Shown one piece after another: positions 58,322 to 64,000 of a stretch of DNA of 64,000 bases. Under the pieces are notes generated by a model that saw only the letters and a list, made by a program, of their open reading frames with translations, searched no databases and had not been told where the DNA came from. Position numbers and translations under genes: made by a program. This stretch comes from Patescibacteria group bacterium (GTDB lineage Bacteria > Patescibacteriota > Patescibacteriia > UBA2591 > CALHIP01): contig JAOACJ010000016.1 of assembly GCA_026417895.1 (NCBI GenBank), positions 20,015 through 84,014 of the forward strand, read 5' to 3'. Position 1 is the stretch's first letter. Each line of letters begins with the position of its first letter.

Positions 58322-58350
58322 ATTCTAGCAAATTTTCAAAATTTTGTCAA
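58322..58350 (-). promoter_or_regulatory. Consensus promoter for the small-ORF transcript
   Basis: TTGACA-17nt-TAGAAT with extended TG. Confidence 0.7.
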
Positions 58351-58354
58351 AAGC

Positions 58355-58383
58355 AAATTTCCACTTATTTAAGCGGAAATTTT
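58355..58383 (-). terminator. Terminator of the glycosyltransferase operon
   Basis: Minus strand AAATTTCCGCTTA/TAAGTGGAAATTT hairpin followed by GCTTTT. Confidence 0.55.
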
Positions 58384-58410
58384 ATGTTTAATGATATAGA
58401 AACTTTAAAA

Positions 58411-59136
58411 TTAAAAATTTTTAAGTCTTTGTTTTAGTTCAATCATTCCCTGGATATCTTCCCAAGCCGTGGCTAAGACTTTGACGGTGCTTTTTCTCTG
58501 AACTGTTCTTCTTTCCATCCATTCAACAGGAATTTCTTTGATTTTAAAACCTGATTTTTCAGCCAAAATTAACAATTCGCTATCAAAAAACCAGTTATTA
58601 TTTTTTATTTTTGGCAGAATTTCTTGACTAACTTTTTGAGAGATAGCCTTAAAACCGCACTGAGCGTCTTGAAAGCTTGGCTGGAAGAAAATTTTCAATA
58701 GTAAATTATAAATCCGACTCATTAATTCTCTTTGAAAAGATCTTTGAGTTTGACTTTCTTTTTTTAATCGTGAGCCGATGGCTAAGTCGTAATTTTCCTC
58801 AGCAATGGCCTTGATTAATAAAGGAAAGTATTTTAAATCAGTGGCTAAATCAATGTCCATATAAGTATAAATGTCCGCTGAATATTCTGACCAAGCCTTT
58901 TTTAAAGCATAGCCTCTCCCCTTTTCAAGAATATGAAAAAATGAAATTTCTTTATATTTTTTTGATAATTTTTCAGCAATTTCTGACGTCGCATCACTTG
59001 AACCATTATCAGCAATTAAAATTTGCCAATTAAAATTTTTGAGATTTTTTTGACAGAAATCAAAAACTTTCAAAGTATTTTCTTTAACAACCCTTTCTTC
59101 GTTGTAAGTTGGCAAGACAAGAAGAATTTTTTTCAT
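58411..59136 (-). CDS. GT2 polyprenyl-phosphate glycosyltransferase (Dol-P-Glc synthase-like)
   Basis: LPTYNEE, ADNGSSD, KGRG, YMDIDL, DAQCGFKA, WFFDSELL. Confidence 0.9.
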   Translation of the reverse strand: MKKILLVLPTYNEERVVKENTLKVFDFCQKNLKNFNWQILIADNGSSDATSEIAEKLSKKYKEISFFHILEKGRGYALKKAWSEYSADIYTYMDIDLATDLKYFPLLIKAIAEENYDLAIGSRLKKESQTQRSFQRELMSRIYNLLLKIFFQPSFQDAQCGFKAISQKVSQEILPKIKNNNWFFDSELLILAEKSGFKIKEIPVEWMERRTVQRKSTVKVLATAWEDIQGMIELKQRLKNF

Positions 59137-60334
59137 AAAGAAAATAAATTAAAAAATAGAAAAAAACAGCTAAATGAATTAAGGAAATGAGAATGGAAAA
59201 TTCACCAGCCAAATTTCTAATTTTATTTTGCCAATCTAAATTTAAAAAAGTCAAGGGTAAAGAATAGATGAGATTTAGGAAAGCGGTTAAAGAAACGATC
59301 AAAAAAATTCTTTTTAATTCTTTTCGAAAAGGTAAAATTAGACAAAAAATAGTAAAGAAGGGAAAAATATATCTTTCATGCATAGCGGTAGGGAGAAAAT
59401 AAAAAATGAAGGCGATAAAAAGATTGCCAAAAAGAAAACAATTAAATTCACCTTTATTTTTTCTTAACCATAGAAGAACCAAAAAATAACTTAAACCAAA
59501 AAGAATGAAACCAATACAACCATAGCTAAAAGGACCAACAAAGACCGTATCATCTTTAATAAAATTTCTACCTAAACCAATCATTACCTGAGGAATCCAC
59601 CAAAGATTAAAAGCATTCATTGAAAGGGCCGGGCTCATTCTGGCCGAGGCTAACCAAGTTTTTTCAAAAAGCGAAATTAAAGAAAGGCCGTTGATCAAAA
59701 GAGGAGAAACAAGGACAAAAAACAAACTCACTGCTACTAGTAGAGAAAAAGATAAAATTTTTAGACCATAATTTTGCCAAATAAAAAAAAGAAAAAGAGG
59801 AAAAAAGATGACAGCTTGAAGTTTGGTTAAAAAAGAAATGGTCAAAAAAATAAGAGAGAGAAGTGGTTGTTTTTTATCTAAAAAAATTAAAGCAATGATC
59901 AAAAATAAAACAAAAAGAGAGTCCCACTGCCCCCAAATTGATGAATTATAAAGAATAAAAGGATGTAAAAAATAAATGAAACCAAACCAGAAAGCTTTTT
60001 CTTGGCCAACTTTTCTTTTTAAAAAATAAAAAATCAAATAAGCAGTCCAAAAATCAGCCAAAACCGCTGGGATTTTAAGGGTCCAAGCGGTCAAAGACGA
60101 ACGAAAGATTAAGTAAAAGAAAAGAGTAAAAAAACCCAACCAATAAACCCAAAGCGGTGGTAAATTTGGTGATTGGGGGTTTTGATAGAGAGAAAATGGT
60201 CCGTATTTTAAGACATTTTCACTCCATTTTTGATGCACTCTTAAATCCCAACTAATACCTGGTAAAAAAATTAAAACAAAGCGGAACAAAATAACTAAGA
60301 CAATCAGAAGCCAAAAAATTTTTTTATTTTCCAT
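59084..60334 (-). CDS. GT-C membrane glycosyltransferase (GT87/PIG-M-like)
   Basis: Multi-TM; NLPP, KIPAVLAD, SSIWGQWDS, TKLQ, NAFNLW, MHERY. Confidence 0.8.
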   Translation of the reverse strand: MENKKIFWLLIVLVILFRFVLIFLPGISWDLRVHQKWSENVLKYGPFSLYQNPQSPNLPPLWVYWLGFFTLFFYLIFRSSLTAWTLKIPAVLADFWTAYLIFYFLKRKVGQEKAFWFGFIYFLHPFILYNSSIWGQWDSLFVLFLIIALIFLDKKQPLLSLIFLTISFLTKLQAVIFFPLFLFFIWQNYGLKILSFSLLVAVSLFFVLVSPLLINGLSLISLFEKTWLASARMSPALSMNAFNLWWIPQVMIGLGRNFIKDDTVFVGPFSYGCIGFILFGLSYFLVLLWLRKNKGEFNCFLFGNLFIAFIFYFLPTAMHERYIFPFFTIFCLILPFRKELKRIFLIVSLTAFLNLIYSLPLTFLNLDWQNKIRNLAGEFSILISLIHLAVFFYFLIYFLYEKNSSCLANLQRRKGC

Positions 60335-60999
60335 AAAAAGAGTTTTAAGAGATGAAGGATAAATTTGCCAATTACTAACCAGCTTAATTTACTTGCACCC
60401 TTTTTTCGATCGATGAAAAGATAGGGTATTTCTCTAAAATTTTTGTATTTTCCTTTGACAAAAATTTCTAAACCAATTTTATAACCAAGCGGTGAAAATT
60501 CCATACCTTCAACAACTTCTTTTCTAAAAAAGAAAAAACCAGAAAGAGGATCAGAAATTTTAGGTACTAAAATTTTAGCCAAGAAAGTGGCTAGGCCAGA
60601 AAAAACCTTTCTTTTTAAAGGCCAATTTTTAATTCTACTCCCCTTGACTCTTCGACTGGCTATCACTAAGTCAACCTCCTTTAATGCTTCTATCATTGGT
60701 AGAATTAATTCTGGTGGATGCGAAAGGTCGGCATCCATGACACCCCAAATTTTACCCTGGGCGTTTTTAAAACCCTCAAGAACAGCCAAAGAAAGATCTC
60801 TTTGTCCCTTTCTTCTAATTAATTTTATTTCTAAAGGATAATTCTTTTTTACCACCTCTACTTTGTCAGCTGTGCCATCAGGCGAATTGTCATCGACAAT
60901 AATTACTTCTAGATTTTTGATTTTTAATTCAGAAAGAGTAGAAAATAATTTCTCAATATTTTCTCTCTCATTATAAGTAGGGATGATTAAAGAAATCAT
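60304..60999 (-). CDS. Polyprenol monophosphomannose synthase (DPM1-like GT2)
   Basis: IIPTYNERENI, VDDNSPDGT, VMDADLSHPP, DPLSGFF, GYKI..E, R..G.SKL; probable ATG 60999. Confidence 0.9.
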   Translation of the reverse strand: MISLIIPTYNERENIEKLFSTLSELKIKNLEVIIVDDNSPDGTADKVEVVKKNYPLEIKLIRRKGQRDLSLAVLEGFKNAQGKIWGVMDADLSHPPELILPMIEALKEVDLVIASRRVKGSRIKNWPLKRKVFSGLATFLAKILVPKISDPLSGFFFFRKEVVEGMEFSPLGYKIGLEIFVKGKYKNFREIPYLFIDRKKGASKLSWLVIGKFILHLLKLFLWKIKKFFGF

Positions 61000-62254
61000 A
61001 TTGATGATTGTTTTTGTTTTTAGTTGAATTTTGATAGAAAAGATAGAAGAATAAGTAAAGAAAGCAAAAAATATTAATAAAGACAAAAACCCAAGAGGAA
61101 AAATTAGAGAGATTAAAGAGATAAAAGGATTGCCGGAAAGGCGCGATAGCAGCTAAGTTAGCAAAAAAGGACAGAGAAAGCAAAAGATAAATTAAAAACA
61201 AATTTTTATCTTTATTTAAAGTCAAAATCATTAAAGGAAAAAGAGGATAGAGATATCGTTCGTGCATTCTGGTTAATAACATAAAGAAAGAGAAGGTTAA
61301 AAAAGCGCTTGTTAAATAAATTATTTTTGGCGAAGAGTTTTTTAATAGATTTTTGACAGCCCAAAAATAAGTAGTAAAGAAAAAAATAAAGCCAACTAAA
61401 AAATAAGGAAACAAACCTAAAAATTTTGCTAGATCAGAAGTAAGATATGGATAATAAAGCCACCAGAAATTAAAAGCATAGACTGAAAGATAAGAATATT
61501 GACCAGCAAGAAGAAAAGGAATTTTAATCACAGAGAAAATTTTGCCTGATAAGATAAAAGGTAAACAAATAATCAAGGCGGTGAGGATAGCTAGGCCGAT
61601 ATTTTTAAAAAGATGAAGAAAACCTTTCTTTTGCCAGTTAAGACAAAAAATTAAAGGAAAGAAGATAATACTCTGCATTTTAAAAAGAAAAGCAATGGTT
61701 AAAAAAATCCAAGAAAAAGAAAATTTATTTTTGGTGACAAAAAATAAGGCAAGTAAGATAAAAAAAGTATGGATTGAATCAACCTGGCCCCAATAAGCGG
61801 AGTCATAAATTAAGCCTGGATTGAAAAGGTAAAGAGCGAGAATGAAAAAGGCCAGCCAAAATTTTAGTTGAAATTGTTTTCGGAGTAGAAAAAAAATAAA
61901 AAGGCCAGTTAATAAATCAAAAACAATGGCTGGTAATTTGAGAAGAAAATAAAGCGGATAGGTATTTAATTCAAAATTCGGTGAAAAAAACTTTTGATAG
62001 ATTTTTCCGATAAGAGCCAAAACATAAAGATAGGGCGGAAAATAATTAGGCAACATTACTTCTGGATTGACTCGTTGTTCATAAGCATTAAGTACACCAA
62101 ATTTCGTGATTGATTTCGCCCATTCCTGCCAAAAATTTAAATCTGGCCGATAACCAGCATAGGGAATAAGCCAAAAACGAATCAAAAAGGCAAGAATGAA
62201 AAGAGAACAAAGAAATAAAAAACATATTTTTTTATTGGTAAAAAAAATCTTCAT
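60971..62254 (-). CDS. GT-C membrane glycosyltransferase (paralog of 59084-60334)
   Basis: NYFPP, KLPAIVFD, SAYWGQVDS, FKMQ, YAFNFW, MHERYLYP. Confidence 0.8.
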   Translation of the reverse strand: MKIFFTNKKICFLFLCSLFILAFLIRFWLIPYAGYRPDLNFWQEWAKSITKFGVLNAYEQRVNPEVMLPNYFPPYLYVLALIGKIYQKFFSPNFELNTYPLYFLLKLPAIVFDLLTGLFIFFLLRKQFQLKFWLAFFILALYLFNPGLIYDSAYWGQVDSIHTFFILLALFFVTKNKFSFSWIFLTIAFLFKMQSIIFFPLIFCLNWQKKGFLHLFKNIGLAILTALIICLPFILSGKIFSVIKIPFLLAGQYSYLSVYAFNFWWLYYPYLTSDLAKFLGLFPYFLVGFIFFFTTYFWAVKNLLKNSSPKIIYLTSAFLTFSFFMLLTRMHERYLYPLFPLMILTLNKDKNLFLIYLLLSLSFFANLAAIAPFRQSFYLFNLSNFSSWVFVFINIFCFLYLFFYLFYQNSTKNKNNHQYDFFNHPYL

Positions 62255-62257
62255 CTT

Positions 62258-63778
62258 TTAATCATTAGTAATAATTCTAAAAACTGAACCATCTAAATTA
62301 TAAAACATTTTTTTCTCTTTGATATGTGGAATTTCCTCGGCTCGGGCGACATATAAGTAATTTTTATGAGGGTCATAACATTGATTAATATCACAGAATT
62401 CATATTTATCAAAAGAAACTACTTCTTGCCAATTATCTGGCCGATAGACTCTTTTCACTTCAATTGATTGAAATTTTTTAGGATCGTATTTAAGATAAAA
62501 TAGAAAATAGATATAAGGTTGATTAGCTTTATTAGTAAAAACTATTTTTGTATATTTATCTTGATTTTCTTTAATATAATTAATAACCTCTTTAAAACCA
62601 AATTGGTAAAGCGTTCTTTCATAATTATATGGATAGCCAATTTTAAAAAGAAAATCAGCGTTTAGTATTAATGATAGAAACAAAATAGATGATAAAGAAA
62701 ATATTATTTTTCGAGGATTAATTTGCAACCTTTCTTTCAATAAAAAATAAATTTTATAACACCCATATGCGGCAATAATTTCTAAAAATGGTAACATTGG
62801 AACAGATCTTAAACTGCCGGGGTTAGGAAATGTTAAGGCCGCAGGTAATAGAGAAATAATCAAAATCCAAAATAATAATCGATGCTTTGCCAACCCCCTT
62901 TTTTGCCATAAGAAATAAATACCCATCAATGCAGCTATTAAAATTGGTAGCAAATAATGAGTAAAAAGGAATTTTGGACTTAAATAAACCAAATAATTTA
63001 TAAAAAATAAAATTGGCCAAAAAGAAAAATTAAAAACTGAAACCTGATAAAAACGACCTTGGATTTTTTGCCAGTTAGTTAATTGGGTATACAAAAAGGG
63101 TGAAGCAATAGCCAAAAAAACAAAAATGGATAAAATAATATATTTTTTCCATTGCCAAACCCTTTTCCTATAAATTATTAAAGACCCTATTAATAAAAGA
63201 GGATTATAGACTTTTGTTATTGCATACGTATAGAAATTTAAAGCCAGAGGAACAGCGCTTAAAACAATGAACTTCGGTTTTTTTAAACCCTTTAAAAAAA
63301 ATAGGATAGTTAAAGAAATAAAAAATGGAACAGTAATTGCTTCAAAACTTGCTCGACTTAAAAAAATATGCCAAGGAGAAATAGTCAAAAAGAAAGTAGC
63401 TAACAAGGCAATAGATCTTTTTTTAAATAGTTCTTTAGTTAAAAAATAAGTTAATAAAACAGTTAAAAATCCGAAAATTACTGACGGAAGTCTGGTCGAA
63501 AATTCATTTAAACCAAGGAAGGCAATGAATGGAATAGTAATATAAGGGTAAAAAATATGATTTCTTACATCAACCCGATCACTAAAAGCTTCAAAATATA
63601 ATGGTAAAAAATTTCCTCGATGGTCGCGTCCTGTTTTTAAAAGTGAATAGGCTTCATAACCGTTAAGCACCTCGTCTTGGTTAAAAGTTATAGGAAAGAT
63701 ATTGAGACAAATAATTCGTAAAAGAAGGGCAGCTATAAAAATTAAAAGAAGAAAAAGTTTCTCAAAATTTCTTTTCAT
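62258..63778 (-). CDS. ArnT/PMT-family (GT39/GT83) glycosyltransferase
   Basis: NQDE...YEAYSLLKTGRD, GLNEFSTRLPS, SPWHIFLSR..FE; multi-TM. Confidence 0.85.
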   Translation of the reverse strand: MKRNFEKLFLLLIFIAALLLRIICLNIFPITFNQDEVLNGYEAYSLLKTGRDHRGNFLPLYFEAFSDRVDVRNHIFYPYITIPFIAFLGLNEFSTRLPSVIFGFLTVLLTYFLTKELFKKRSIALLATFFLTISPWHIFLSRASFEAITVPFFISLTILFFLKGLKKPKFIVLSAVPLALNFYTYAITKVYNPLLLIGSLIIYRKRVWQWKKYIILSIFVFLAIASPFLYTQLTNWQKIQGRFYQVSVFNFSFWPILFFINYLVYLSPKFLFTHYLLPILIAALMGIYFLWQKRGLAKHRLLFWILIISLLPAALTFPNPGSLRSVPMLPFLEIIAAYGCYKIYFLLKERLQINPRKIIFSLSSILFLSLILNADFLFKIGYPYNYERTLYQFGFKEVINYIKENQDKYTKIVFTNKANQPYIYFLFYLKYDPKKFQSIEVKRVYRPDNWQEVVSFDKYEFCDINQCYDPHKNYLYVARAEEIPHIKEKKMFYNLDGSVFRIITND

Positions 63779-64000
63779 AAAGGCTTTTGTTGTAGGATGG
63801 GGATATTTTTCTTGACATTAAGGTCAAATAATAAAATATTGGGTATAAGTTCAGTAAAAGAATAATTCAGAAATAAATCATTTTTTAATTCTTTTTCTAC
63901 AATATTTTGGTTAAAATTAAGAAACAAAAAGTACTTTCTTTTTTTATCTTTTTCCAAAATTTCTAAAAAACTTGACCTTTTATCAATTTGCCAATAAAAC
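63775..64000 (-). CDS. 3' end of an upstream gene in the glycosylation operon (partial)
   Basis: Frame open to the window edge; stop overlaps the ArnT-like start. Confidence 0.5.
   Translation of the reverse strand, partial: FYWQIDKRSSFLEILEKDKKRKYFLFLNFNQNIVEKELKNDLFLNYSFTELIPNILLFDLNVKKNIPILQQKPL

Noticed and set aside
3..63449. Numerous short ORFs (mostly 60-190 aa) antisense to or nested in long genes (e.g. 3-206, 2830-3111, 10143-10505, 15326-15892, 21706-22032, 55819-56085)
   Set aside because: Shadow frames of well-supported genes, with no recognisable motifs or expression signals.
1..64000. Alternative genetic code 25 (Gracilibacteria/Absconditabacteria)
   Set aside because: TGA terminates rpmH, gyrA and rbfA at expected lengths, and long genes are uninterrupted in code 11.

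Overview
AT-rich, gene-dense chromosomal segment of a Patescibacteria (CPR) bacterium, most likely Parcubacteria/ABY1. This placement is inferred from gene content. The genetic code is 11, since TGA terminates rpmH and gyrA. Bases 1-24.5 kb (minus strand) hold a T4SS-like/surface locus: VirB2-type pilin, VirB8-like, VirB4, PrgI/VirB3-like, a long VirB6-like protein and a ~3,170-aa Cys-rich surface protein, interrupted by ahcY. It is headed by rsmA and a wHTH+Cas2-like (PaaX-type) gene bracketed by two 40-bp palindromic direct repeats. Bases 24.5-49 kb are housekeeping genes (leuS, comM, lspA, rnpA, rpmH, yidD, pnp, rpsO, tRNA-Arg, recA, ymdB, rny, clpP, rbfA, dnaN, ftsH, rpsA, gyrA), with a probable oriC unwinding element upstream of dnaN but no dnaA in the window. 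Bases 49-58 kb (plus strand) hold yidC, a membrane-anchored non-canonical Clp ATPase, galU, an orphan solute-binding protein and five tandem VirB2-type pilins. Bases 58-64 kb hold a lipid-linked glycosylation cluster. Other notable signals: a family of 7-bp-periodic inverted-repeat elements (intergenic, inside leuS and in two pilin signal peptides), perfect DnaA boxes directly abutting two -35 elements, and an unannotated small gene with a structured leader. All assignments come from motif reading by eye; no database searches were run.
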